Source: Acidobacteriota bacterium
Lineage (GTDB): Bacteria > Acidobacteriota > UBA4820 > DSQY01
Reading direction: 5' to 3'
Length of the DNA stretch: 64,000 bases
Assembly (NCBI GenBank): GCA_049967655.1
Contig: JBMFSH010000007.1
Coordinates: 1-64,000 of the forward strand
In this document: piece by piece, positions 40,460-49,780 of the stretch
How the letters are laid out: each line of letters opens with the position of its first letter
Position numbering within the stretch: position 1 is the stretch's first letter
Made by a program: the position numbers and the translations under genes
The notes under the pieces: generated by a model
The model's input: only the letters and a program-made list of their open reading frames with translations
Told to the model about the DNA's origin: nothing
The model's database searches: none

Positions 40460-43213
40460 GTGAGCGCGGACTGGAAAGAGACGCTGAACCTGCCCAAGAC
40501 CCCCTTCCCGATGAAAGCCAACCTGACCCAACGGGAGCCGCTGCAACTGAAGACCTGGGAAGAGAAGGGGATCTACGGCCAGATTCTGGCGGCGCGCGAG
40601 GGGGCGCCCGTCTTCTCGTTCCACGACGGGCCGCCCTACGCCAACGGTCCCATCCACCTCGGCCACGCCTTGAACAAGGTCCTCAAAGACTTCGTCATCA
40701 AGTCCAAGACCATGGAGGGATTCAAGGTCACCTACCGCCCCGGCTGGGATTGCCACGGCCTTCCCATTGAGCTCCAGATCGAGAAGGAGAAGGGGCGGAA
40801 GGTCCGGGAGGAGGACGTCCACACCTTCCGCCGGCACTGCCGCGAGTACGCGGACAAGTTCATCGCGCTGCAGCGTGAGGATTTCATCCGCCTGGGAGTG
40901 TTCGGCGACTGGGGACACCCCTACAAGACCATGGACTACGCTTACGAGGCCGCCATCGCCAGGGCCTTCGCCGACTGTTTTCTCAAGGGCTACGCCTACA
41001 AGGGCATGAAGTCGGTGCAGTGGTGCATCCACTGCGAGACCGCGCTGGCCGAGGCCGAAGTGGAGTACCGCGACCACACCTCCCCCACCATCACGGTCAA
41101 GTTCGCCCTCGCCCCAGGCCAGGGCGCGAAGCTGCCCGAAGGGCTCCCGGAGGCGGAGACCTTCGCCGTCATCTGGACCACGACCCCGTGGACGCTGCCG
41201 GCCAACCTAGCGGTGGCCTTCCACCCCGATTTCACTTACGTGGGCGCGCGCTGCGGAGGGGAGAGCTACATCGTGGCCGAGGAGCTTCTGGAATCCTTCC
41301 TCAAGGAGACAGGTCTCACCGGAGAGGTGGTGGCCCGGTTCGAGGGTTCCCGAATGGAGGGGCTGCGGTTCCGCCACCCCTTCCTCGATCGGGACTCCCT
41401 GGGCATCCTAGCCACCTACGTCACGGCCGATACGGGCACGGGCTGCGTGCACACGGCGCCAGGCCACGGCCAGGAGGACTACCTCTCCGGCGTGCGTTAC
41501 AAGCTGCCCATCCTCTCGCCGGTGGATCCCCGCGGCCGATTCCAGGCTGGCGTGGAGCATTTCGCGGGCCAGAACGTCTTCGAGGCCAACCCCAACGTGG
41601 TGGCGCTCCTCCGGGAGAGGGGCGCCCTGCTGGCCGAGGGACGCATCAACCACGCCTACCCCCACTGCTGGCGGTGCAAGAACCCCCTCATCTTCAGGGC
41701 CACCAACCAGTGGTTCATCTCCATGGCCCACCAGGACCTGCGGGGCAGGGCGCTGAAGGCCATCGACGCGGTTCAGTGGGTGCCCGCCTGGGGGCGAAAC
41801 CGCATCCACGCGATGATGGAGGGAAGGCCCGACTGGTGCCTGAGCCGCCAGCGTCGGTGGGGCGTTCCCATCACGGTTCTCTTCTGCAGAAGCTGCGGCG
41901 AACCGGTGCGCGAGCCGGCCCTCTTCGACAACGTGGTGACGGCTTTCGCGGAGAGGGGCGCGGGCGTGTGGTGGGAGGGAGATCCCGCCAGGTTCCTGCC
42001 GGAGGGGTTCACCTGCCCCCGCTGCGGCGGGGCCGAGTTCAAGGGGGAGACCGACATCCTGGACGTCTGGTTCGATTCCGGCGTGAGCCACCGCGCCGTC
42101 CTGGGGCTGGAACCCGACATGCCCTGGCCCTCCGAAATCTACCTCGAGGGCAGCGACCAGCACCGGGGCTGGTTCCACACCTCCCTCCTGACGTCGCTCA
42201 TGCTCCAGGGCTCCCCTCCCTACCGCCAGGTCCTGACCCACGGCTTCGTGTTGGACGCGGAGGGGCGGGCCATGTCCAAGTCCCAGGGCAACGTCATCTC
42301 CCCGCAGGAGGCGGTGAAGAAAAGTGGCGCGGAGATCCTGCGGCTCTGGGTCTCCATGGTGGACTACCGCGACGACGTGCGCTTCTCCTGGGACCTGTTC
42401 CAGCGGATCGGCGAGGCCTACCTGAAGATCCGCAACACCATGCGCTACCTCCTGGGCAACCTGTACGACTTCAGGGCGCGGGACGCCGTGCCTCCGGAGC
42501 AGCTCCCCGAGCTGGACCGGTACGTCCTCTTGCTGCTGGACCGGCTCATCGAGCGTGTGACGAGAGCCTACCGCGAGTATGCCTTTCACGTGGTGTACCA
42601 CGAGCTGCTTCAGTTCTGCACCGTCACGCTCTCGGCCTTCTATCTCGACATCCTCAAGGACCGCCTCTACTGCAGCTCGCCCTCCGGCCCCGAGCGCCGG
42701 GCGGCGCAGACGGTGCTCTACAGACTGGCCGACGCCCTGGTGCGCCTCATGGCCCCCATTCTCTCCTTCACCGCCGAGGAGGTGTGGAGCAACCTCCCCG
42801 ACCGGGAATGTCCGTCGGTCCACATGGCGCTCTTCCCCAAGGCGGCCGCCCTCAAGGATGAGGGCGTCGAATCCCGCTGGGAGACCCTCCGCGCCCTCCG
42901 CGAAGCGGTCAACAAGGCCCTCGAAGAGGCCCGGCAGCGCGGCGAAATCGGGAAGTCGCTCGAAGCGCGCGTCCGCATCACGCCCGACGAAAAGAGCGAA
43001 GGGCTGCTGAGGGCTTACGAGGAGCAGCTCCCCGCCCTCCTGATCGTCTCGCAGGTGGAGATCACGGCGCAGGGAGAGAGCTTGGCGATTGAAATCCTGC
43101 CCGCCGAGGGGGAGAAGTGTACTCGATGCTGGACGGTCACGGTTGCCCCCGTGAGGCGGGACGGCGGACCCCTCTGCCCCCGCTGCGCCGCCGTGGTGGG
43201 CGGGCCGCGCTAG
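40460..43213 (+). CDS. ileS: Isoleucyl-tRNA synthetase (type 1)
   Basis: HDGPPYANG.IHLGH, WTTTPWT, EGSDQHRGWF, AMSKS, C-terminal C..C...C..C. Confidence 0.98.
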   Translation: MSADWKETLNLPKTPFPMKANLTQREPLQLKTWEEKGIYGQILAAREGAPVFSFHDGPPYANGPIHLGHALNKVLKDFVIKSKTMEGFKVTYRPGWDCHGLPIELQIEKEKGRKVREEDVHTFRRHCREYADKFIALQREDFIRLGVFGDWGHPYKTMDYAYEAAIARAFADCFLKGYAYKGMKSVQWCIHCETALAEAEVEYRDHTSPTITVKFALAPGQGAKLPEGLPEAETFAVIWTTTPWTLPANLAVAFHPDFTYVGARCGGESYIVAEELLESFLKETGLTGEVVARFEGSRMEGLRFRHPFLDRDSLGILATYVTADTGTGCVHTAPGHGQEDYLSGVRYKLPILSPVDPRGRFQAGVEHFAGQNVFEANPNVVALLRERGALLAEGRINHAYPHCWRCKNPLIFRATNQWFISMAHQDLRGRALKAIDAVQWVPAWGRNRIHAMMEGRPDWCLSRQRRWGVPITVLFCRSCGEPVREPALFDNVVTAFAERGAGVWWEGDPARFLPEGFTCPRCGGAEFKGETDILDVWFDSGVSHRAVLGLEPDMPWPSEIYLEGSDQHRGWFHTSLLTSLMLQGSPPYRQVLTHGFVLDAEGRAMSKSQGNVISPQEAVKKSGAEILRLWVSMVDYRDDVRFSWDLFQRIGEAYLKIRNTMRYLLGNLYDFRARDAVPPEQLPELDRYVLLLLDRLIERVTRAYREYAFHVVYHELLQFCTVTLSAFYLDILKDRLYCSSPSGPERRAAQTVLYRLADALVRLMAPILSFTAEEVWSNLPDRECPSVHMALFPKAAALKDEGVESRWETLRALREAVNKALEEARQRGEIGKSLEARVRITPDEKSEGLLRAYEEQLPALLIVSQVEITAQGESLAIEILPAEGEKCTRCWTVTVAPVRRDGGPLCPRCAAVVGGPR

Positions 43214-43214
43214 G

Positions 43215-43718
43215 ATGAGAAAGGCTCCCTACCTCCTCATCGGCCTGATCGTCCTGGTCATCGATCAGATCACCAAGGCGATGGTGTTGAGCTCCATCCC
43301 CCTGGGGGGTGGGCGAGAGATCACGCCGTGGTTCTCCATCATCCATTGGCAGAACCCCGGCGGGCTGTTTGGCATGATGAACCAGCTCCCCTCGGTGGCG
43401 CGGGTGGGTATCTTCCTCCTCCTGCCCCTGTTGGGCATCGCCCTCCTGGGCTTTCTCTTCGCCAAGTCCCGTCGCCGGATCGAGTGGATCCTCCTCTCCG
43501 CCGTGCTGGGCGGGGCCCTCGGGAACATGGTGGACCGGTTCCGTTTCGGCTCCGTGGTGGACTTTCTGGACTTCCACCTGCCGGGGGGACCGGCCTGGCC
43601 CACCTTCAACGTGGCGGACGCCTTCCTCTCCACCGGCATTCTGTTGTACCTGGCCCTCGTCCTGCTGCGTCCAGAACCGGAGGAGGAGCGTGCACCCGAT
43701 CCTCTTCACCATCGGTAA
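43215..43718 (+). CDS. lspA: Lipoprotein signal peptidase II
   Basis: DQITK, N.G..FG, GGALGN..DR, VVDF, FNVAD. Confidence 0.95.
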   Translation: MRKAPYLLIGLIVLVIDQITKAMVLSSIPLGGGREITPWFSIIHWQNPGGLFGMMNQLPSVARVGIFLLLPLLGIALLGFLFAKSRRRIEWILLSAVLGGALGNMVDRFRFGSVVDFLDFHLPGGPAWPTFNVADAFLSTGILLYLALVLLRPEPEEERAPDPLHHR

Positions 43719-44466
43719 TTTCCCCGTCGGCACTTACGGGGTGCTCATGGCCCTCTCGGCCCTGGCGGCCCTGTCCCTGGCCAGGATCCTGGCCCCCAGA
43801 GCGGGCCTGGACGACGGCCAGATGGTGGACCTGTTCGTCTACTCCATCCTCGCGGCCTTCGTGGGGGCCAAGCTGGCCATGGTCATCGGGGACTTCCGAG
43901 AGTTTTCGGACCATCCGCTCCGGTTTCTGGTGGAGAGCCTCCGCTCCTTCGGGGCCTTCTACGGCGGATTCATCGCGGCCCTCGCGGTGGCCATCTTCTA
44001 CCTCAGGCGTCACCGCATCCCCTTCTGGCCGGCGGCCGACGTCACCGCCATCTGCCTGGCCCTCGGTCAGGGCATGGGCCGATGGGGCTGTTTCTTCGCG
44101 GGCTGCTGCTACGGAAAGCCCACCGATCTGCCCTGGGGCATGGTTTTCCCGGCTGTCCCCCTCTGCGCCGACGGCACCCGCATCCATCCCTGGCCCCTCT
44201 ACGAGAGCGCCGCCGATCTGGCGATCTTCGGGCTCCTGCTGTTCCTGTTCAAGAGGCGGCGATTCTCCGGTCAGGTCTTTCTCGTCTATGCGGCGCTCTA
44301 TGCCGTGGCCCGAGGGCTCCTGGAGTGCCTCAGGGGCGACGCCGTTCGCGGCCTCTACTTTGGCGGAGAGGTTTCCCTCTCCCAGATCGTGGCACTGTTC
44401 GTCTTCGTCGCGGCCGTGGGCACCTACCTCTGGCGACGACCCCGGACCGCGGGACCGGGAGCCTGA
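43690..44466 (+). CDS. lgt: Prolipoprotein diacylglyceryl transferase
   Basis: MHP.LF, YG, FYGG, GQG.GR.GCF..GCC.G, HP..LYE, RGD. Confidence 0.93.
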   Translation: MHPILFTIGNFPVGTYGVLMALSALAALSLARILAPRAGLDDGQMVDLFVYSILAAFVGAKLAMVIGDFREFSDHPLRFLVESLRSFGAFYGGFIAALAVAIFYLRRHRIPFWPAADVTAICLALGQGMGRWGCFFAGCCYGKPTDLPWGMVFPAVPLCADGTRIHPWPLYESAADLAIFGLLLFLFKRRRFSGQVFLVYAALYAVARGLLECLRGDAVRGLYFGGEVSLSQIVALFVFVAAVGTYLWRRPRTAGPGA

Positions 44467-44467
44467 C

Positions 44468-45412
44468 ATGCCTCGATTGGAGATCGTGTTGCCCGAAGGG
44501 GCCAGGCGGATCGACCACCTGCTGGCCACCCTCCTGGCCGAAAGGGGCCTGACCCGGTCGACCATCCACCGCCTCATGGGCGAGGGGCGGGTGCTCCTGA
44601 ACGGAATTGCCGTCAAGCCTTCGACCCCGGCGAGGAGCGGGCAGAAGGTGGTGGTGGAGCTCCCCGAGCCGGAACCGAGCGGCTTGGTGCCTATGGAGCA
44701 CCCGCTGACCGTCCTCTACGAGGATGAGGCCTGCGTCGCCGTGGAGAAACCAGCGGGGCTGGTGACCCACCCCGCCAAGGGACACGCCAACGACACGCTG
44801 GTGAACGTTCTCGTGGGAAAGGCCATGGGCATGGCCGCGGGCTTCGGCCCCGCGCGCCCGGGAATCCTGCACCGCCTGGATAAGGAGACCTCGGGAGTCC
44901 TCCTGCTGGCGAAGAACGATGCGGCGCACTCCGAGCTGGCCACCCAATTCAAAGACCGGCAGATCGAGAAGACTTACTGGGCCCTGGTCTGGGGCACCCT
45001 GGAGCGGGACCCCTCGGAGGTGGATGCGCCCATCGGAAGGGACCCCCGAAACCGAAAACGCATGGCCGTGGTGTCAGGCGGCCGCCCCTCCAGGACCACC
45101 TTCCGGACGCTGGAGGTGCTTCCCCACGTGAGCCTGGTGGAAGCCAGGCCCTTCACGGGGCGGACCCACCAGATCCGGGTGCACCTCGCCTCGCTCCGGC
45201 ACCCGGTGGTGGGCGACGCCCTCTACGGGGGGCACCCGGAAAACGGCTTGCCCTCCTCTCTCTTGCGGGCCCGCGTGCGGGCGGCGGGGAGGTTCTTTCT
45301 GCACGCGCGTTCTCTGACCTTCGTGAGCCCGGCGGCCGGGAGGGTGACGGTGACCTCTCCCCTCCCCGAGGAATTCGAGACGATCATCGAGGAGTTCCGG
45401 TGCCATGGATAA
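44468..45412 (+). CDS. rluD: RluA/RluD family pseudouridine synthase with S4 domain
   Basis: KPAGL..HP, HRLDKETSG, TGRTHQIRVH, GD.LYG, LHA. Confidence 0.9.
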   Translation: MPRLEIVLPEGARRIDHLLATLLAERGLTRSTIHRLMGEGRVLLNGIAVKPSTPARSGQKVVVELPEPEPSGLVPMEHPLTVLYEDEACVAVEKPAGLVTHPAKGHANDTLVNVLVGKAMGMAAGFGPARPGILHRLDKETSGVLLLAKNDAAHSELATQFKDRQIEKTYWALVWGTLERDPSEVDAPIGRDPRNRKRMAVVSGGRPSRTTFRTLEVLPHVSLVEARPFTGRTHQIRVHLASLRHPVVGDALYGGHPENGLPSSLLRARVRAAGRFFLHARSLTFVSPAAGRVTVTSPLPEEFETIIEEFRCHG

Positions 45413-46280
45413 GAAGATAGCCCTGATCGGATGCGGCAAGGCCGGACTGTCCCTGTCGCTCGCCCTGAAAGGGGCCGGCTGGGAGGTCGTGGGGTGCGCC
45501 TCTCGCACCTCCGCCTCGGCCCGTGCGGGAGCGGACTGGCTCGCTTGTCCCCTGCTGGCCTCCTTTGGAGAGATCCCTGCGGGGGCGGCTCTCATCCTGG
45601 GGATCCCCGAAGGGGCCCTGCCGGAGGTGGAGTCCAGCGTGGCCCGGCAGGACCCGAACCTGAAGGGCCGCGTGATCCTTCACCTCAGCGGAGCCCTCCC
45701 CGCGAGGGTCCTGGAGGCCTGCCGCCTTCGGGGCGCCAGCGTGGGGTCCATCCATCCGATCATGGCCCTGCCCGATCCGCTCACGGGGGCCAAGCGCCTA
45801 AAGGACGCCACCTTCGCCATCGAGGGTCGTCCCGCGGCCCTGGAGGTCATGAGGGCCATCGCGCTGGCTCTCTCGGGGCGCTATTTCATCCTCTCTCCCA
45901 GGGGCAAGACGCTCTACCACGCCGCCGCCGTGGTGGCCTCCAACCACCTGGTGGCGCTCCTGGCCGACAGTCAGGAGCTGCTCGGCAGGGCCGGCGCCGA
46001 CGCCACCGTGGCCTGGCCGGCCTTCCAGGCGCTCGTGGAAGGGACCGTGAAGAACTTCTACTCGGGCGGGCCAGTCTCTTCTCTGACGGGCCCCGTGGAA
46101 CGCGGCGACCTCAAAACGGTCAAGAAGCACCTGCAGGCACTCAAGCGCTGGCCGGAGGCACGGGAGCGCTACCGGTCCATGGCGTTGGGGGTCCTGGGGC
46201 TGGCCCGTCTGCGCCACCCCGAGCGGAGGGAGGCCCATGACGCCCTTGAAAAGCTCATCACCGGGTGGCACAGTAGCTAG
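45405..46280 (+). CDS. Rossmann-like plus DUF2520 protein (PanG-like oxidoreductase)
   Basis: IG.GK.G, HLSGA, SIHP, YHAAAV.ASN, LTGP..RGD..TV..H. Confidence 0.88.
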   Translation: MDKKIALIGCGKAGLSLSLALKGAGWEVVGCASRTSASARAGADWLACPLLASFGEIPAGAALILGIPEGALPEVESSVARQDPNLKGRVILHLSGALPARVLEACRLRGASVGSIHPIMALPDPLTGAKRLKDATFAIEGRPAALEVMRAIALALSGRYFILSPRGKTLYHAAAVVASNHLVALLADSQELLGRAGADATVAWPAFQALVEGTVKNFYSGGPVSSLTGPVERGDLKTVKKHLQALKRWPEARERYRSMALGVLGLARLRHPERREAHDALEKLITGWHSS

Positions 46281-46294
46281 GCTGGGGGAAGAGG

Positions 46295-47428
46295 ATGGCC
46301 TTTTTCAACTATGCGACAATGCAGATGGCCGCCAAGGTGGTCTACTACGGCCCGGGCCTCTGCGGGAAGACCACCAACCTCCAGTACATCTACAACAAGA
46401 CGTCGCCCAAGTCGCGGGGCGAGATGGTCTCTCTGGAAACCGAGTCGGACCGCACTCTCTTTTTCGACCTTCTGCCCCTGGAGGTGGGGGTCATCGCCGG
46501 CTTTAAGACGCGATTCCAGCTCTACACCGTTCCCGGCCAGGTCTTCTACGGGGAGACTCGGCGGATGGTGCTCAAGGGTGTGGACGGCGTGGTCTTTGTG
46601 GCCGACTCCCAGCGCCCCATGCGGGAGGCCAACATCGAGAGTCTGAAGGACCTGGAGAAGAACCTCCAGGACATGGGGGTCAACCTCGCCGACGTTCCGC
46701 TGGTGCTTCAGTTCAACAAGCGGGACCTGCCCAACCTCCTCACCGTCGAGGAGTTGAACCGGGATCTCAACTGGTGCGACTGGAGCCATTTCAGCGCCGT
46801 CGCCGTCAACGGGATGGGGGTATTCGACACCCTCAAGGGTATCAGCCGTCTCACCCTTCACGCCCTCAAGGGTAAGTTGGCCCGCCCAGCCGAAGCCGCA
46901 GCCCAGCCGGCGGCGTCCCCAGCCCCTGCTGCCGCTCTGCCGAGTCGGCCCGCCGAGGCATCGCCGGTGATCGCCGCCCCGCCTCCACCGCCTCCGCCCT
47001 CCCCGGTGGAGGTGGAGTTCGCCACCCTGGTCACCTCGGCCAGCGACAAGGAGTTGGCCCGGCGCGCCCCCAAACTGAAGACGGTCACCACCACCAGCGT
47101 CCGCGTGGCTTCCGAGCTGGACAGGATCCGGGAGAGCCTGCTCGGTCCCATCCTCTCCGCCTCCCGCCCCAAGGTGAAGGACCTGACCCCGCAACTGGAC
47201 GACCTCCGCCGGCACTCTCTTCAGCACGCGCCGGCGGAGCCGGTCCTAGAGGTCCCACGCGAGGCCCTGCAGGGCCTGGATTCACTCGGCCTCCGGGTGA
47301 TCGTGAAGGACGCCGGGGGCCGCGAGGCCTTCGTGGACAATCTCGCCGTGGGGTCTGAAGAGCTCCAGCGCACGGGAGACGGTTGGATCGTGAGGATCAG
47401 GCTGGCTCCCAAGCAGGAGGAGCCGTAG
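46295..47428 (+). CDS. mglA: MglA-family small GTPase with a Pro/Ala linker and extra C-terminal region
   Basis: KVVYYGPGLCGKTTNL, RTLFFD, YTVPGQ, VFVADS, NKRDL. Confidence 0.88.
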   Translation: MAFFNYATMQMAAKVVYYGPGLCGKTTNLQYIYNKTSPKSRGEMVSLETESDRTLFFDLLPLEVGVIAGFKTRFQLYTVPGQVFYGETRRMVLKGVDGVVFVADSQRPMREANIESLKDLEKNLQDMGVNLADVPLVLQFNKRDLPNLLTVEELNRDLNWCDWSHFSAVAVNGMGVFDTLKGISRLTLHALKGKLARPAEAAAQPAASPAPAAALPSRPAEASPVIAAPPPPPPPSPVEVEFATLVTSASDKELARRAPKLKTVTTTSVRVASELDRIRESLLGPILSASRPKVKDLTPQLDDLRRHSLQHAPAEPVLEVPREALQGLDSLGLRVIVKDAGGREAFVDNLAVGSEELQRTGDGWIVRIRLAPKQEEP

Positions 47429-47439
47429 GGCCCTCGGCT

Positions 47440-47850
47440 TCAAAAGAGCTTGAAGCGTTTGCGCTTGCGCTCCTCCTCGAGGGCCAGCACCCGGCCCGAG
47501 AGCTCCTCCACCGCCTGCTTGAGCTTGAAATTCTCCTGCACGAGATTCTCGAAGACGTCGAGCAGGAGGTCCACGTCCCTGCGCAGCAACACGGGATCGC
47601 TCGTGGAGACGAGGGCCTCCTTGACCTCCTTCAGGGGCCGTCCCTGCTCGTGCACCAGGGAGTGAATGTGCTTGAGCTTCTCAATGTCGTCCTGCCGGAA
47701 CCGCCTGTGCCCGCCGGGGGTCTTGGGGACCTCCAGGTAGTGCTTGAACTCGCGTTCGTAGAAGCGGATGGTGCTCACCGGGAGGCCCGTGGCCTCGGCC
47801 ACGTACCCGATGCTGTAAGTCTTCGGCTCCACGGGTGCGGGAGAAGTCAT
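47440..47850 (-). CDS. MerR-type HTH protein with C-terminal coiled coil
   Basis: YSIG.VA..TG...STIRFYE.EF, GGHRRF; tail RKRKRFKLF. Confidence 0.88.
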   Translation of the reverse strand: MTSPAPVEPKTYSIGYVAEATGLPVSTIRFYEREFKHYLEVPKTPGGHRRFRQDDIEKLKHIHSLVHEQGRPLKEVKEALVSTSDPVLLRRDVDLLLDVFENLVQENFKLKQAVEELSGRVLALEEERKRKRFKLF

Positions 47851-48204
47851 GGCGCCCTCGTCGCGGTTCCTCCGTCTCGACCATAGCAGATCGAAACCGG
47901 AGGATCAAACCTCGATGGGCCGGCGGCAAGGCCGGCGCGCCCGCGCGCTGGCCAGCGTGCAGGTTACCGGCCGCGTGGCCCAGCGGGCACGCCCCCAATG
48001 GGAGACCGCTTTCGCCCGCATCGGGTCGACATCTGCGCGGAGACGTTGCTGGGACGGGCTAGTGCCCCTACATTGTCATTGCGGGCGCGGCGAAAGGCGG
48101 AATCTGTCCTCGTTTGCGGACAACTGGCCAGGTCCCCGGGCAAGGGATGCCGAGGCCGGAGGCGGGGGGCGCCCGTGCCGGAGATCGGGCAGTCGAGGTT
48201 GTGA

Positions 48205-48220
48205 TGGCATAGACCTTGCA
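48205..48220 (+). promoter_or_regulatory. sigma54 (-24/-12) promoter
   Basis: TGGCATAGACCTTGCA with exact GG-N10-GC spacing, 31 nt before the ATG. Confidence 0.65.
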
Positions 48221-48251
48221 ATTCGACAGGGGTCGAAAAGGAGGTGCTGGA

Positions 48252-48857
48252 ATGTTAAGACCCAAGCTTTGGTTTGCCGCGCTGGCCATGGGGCTGCTGG
48301 CCGTGGGCGCCCTGGCGGCCAAGGAGAACGTCAAGAAGCTCTCAGCCTACGGATACGTGGGGAGGCAGGGAGACGTCTCCCTCGTGGTGGACATGGACGT
48401 CGCCCGCTATCGCGGCGGAGAAAAATACATCCCCTTGCTCATCTGGCTGGGCAACGCCGAGAATAAGACCCTCCACGCCGAACGGGGCTCCTTCACGCTC
48501 GTGGACCCCAAGGGTGAATCCCATCCCCTGGCCACTCCCGAGGCCGTGACCCAGAATTACGGGCCGGGCCTCATTTCCAATGACTACTCCTACCTGCGCA
48601 CCATGCCCGACTATGCCAGGATGATCTATCTCTCCTGCCAGCCCATCCGCCACGTCGCCTTCTTCCCCAACCCCGCGGGGCGGCCGGGGGTGCTCTACGA
48701 TCACGTGGAGCTGCCCAACCACACCTTTTTCCATGCGCTGCTCTACTTCGCCAATCCGGCCGGCAAGGATCCCGGGAAGTACACGCTCATCTACGACGAC
48801 CCGGGGAGCAAGACCCACATCGGAATCCCCTTCACCATCCCCTGGTTCAAGAGCTAG
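48252..48857 (+). CDS. Hypothetical secreted protein
   Basis: AGGAGGT RBS; signal peptide MLRPKLWFAALAMGLLAVGALA. Confidence 0.75.
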   Translation: MLRPKLWFAALAMGLLAVGALAAKENVKKLSAYGYVGRQGDVSLVVDMDVARYRGGEKYIPLLIWLGNAENKTLHAERGSFTLVDPKGESHPLATPEAVTQNYGPGLISNDYSYLRTMPDYARMIYLSCQPIRHVAFFPNPAGRPGVLYDHVELPNHTFFHALLYFANPAGKDPGKYTLIYDDPGSKTHIGIPFTIPWFKS

Positions 48858-48964
48858 AACCGGTATTCCGCCGCGCGGCACCGAGGGCCGGGACCACCCG
48901 GCCCTTTCCGTATCTCCGTGGACGATGTGCTATAATCCGCCCTCCCGAGGGGGGCGGTGCGCGC

Positions 48965-49780
48965 ATGGGTGCGTTGTACGTGGTGGCCACTCCAATCGGC
49001 AACATGGGTGACATCACCTTCCGGGCGGTGGAGGTCCTGAAAGAGGTGGACTGCATCCTCTGCGAGGACACCCGGGTGACGCGCAAGCTCATCCAGCGGT
49101 TCGGGATCCAGAAGCCGCTGCGCTCCCACTTTGCGGGCAACGAGGAGGGGAGGGCCGCGCAGGTGGTCCAGGAGCTCAGCGAGGGCAGAAGCATGGCCCT
49201 CGTCACGGACGCGGGAACCCCCTGCATCTCCGATCCGGGTTATCTGCTCGTGAGGGCCTGCCGTGCCGAAGGCATCCCGGTGATTACCATACCGGGCCCG
49301 TCGGCGTTGTCCGCGGGCCTGTCGGTATGCGGCTTGCCCACGAGCCGTGTCCTCTTCCTCGGCTTTCCTCCCAGGCGGAAGTCGGAGCGGCAACGGCTGT
49401 TGCAGTCACTGAGGACGGACCCCGCGACCCTCGTTTTTTACGAAGCCCCGCACCGCATCCGCGCGCTTCTGGAGGATGCCCTGGCGCTCCTCCCCGACCG
49501 GGAGTGCGTGGTCGAGCGGGAGCTCACCAAGCGGTTCGAGTCCGTAGCGGTGGTGACGGAGGCCGCCGCCGTCCCCGAGCGGGGCGAGCTCGTGGTGATC
49601 TTCGGCCCCCCGAGCGGGGCCGCGCCAAATGAAGAGATCTCGAAGGAGGACGTGGCCGATCACGTGGCGCGCCTCATCGCGGAGGGTGTGGAGGAGAGGG
49701 AGGCCCTGCGCCGGGTGGCCAGGGAGCGGAAGGTCTCTCGCCGTGAAGTCTACCGGATGGTGAAGGTGAAAGAACCGTGA
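48965..49780 (+). CDS. rsmI: 16S rRNA C1402 2'-O-methyltransferase
   Basis: LYVVATPIGN..DIT.RA, CEDTR, DAGTP.ISDPG, YEAPHR, RELTK. Confidence 0.97.
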   Translation: MGALYVVATPIGNMGDITFRAVEVLKEVDCILCEDTRVTRKLIQRFGIQKPLRSHFAGNEEGRAAQVVQELSEGRSMALVTDAGTPCISDPGYLLVRACRAEGIPVITIPGPSALSAGLSVCGLPTSRVLFLGFPPRRKSERQRLLQSLRTDPATLVFYEAPHRIRALLEDALALLPDRECVVERELTKRFESVAVVTEAAAVPERGELVVIFGPPSGAAPNEEISKEDVADHVARLIAEGVEEREALRRVARERKVSRREVYRMVKVKEP

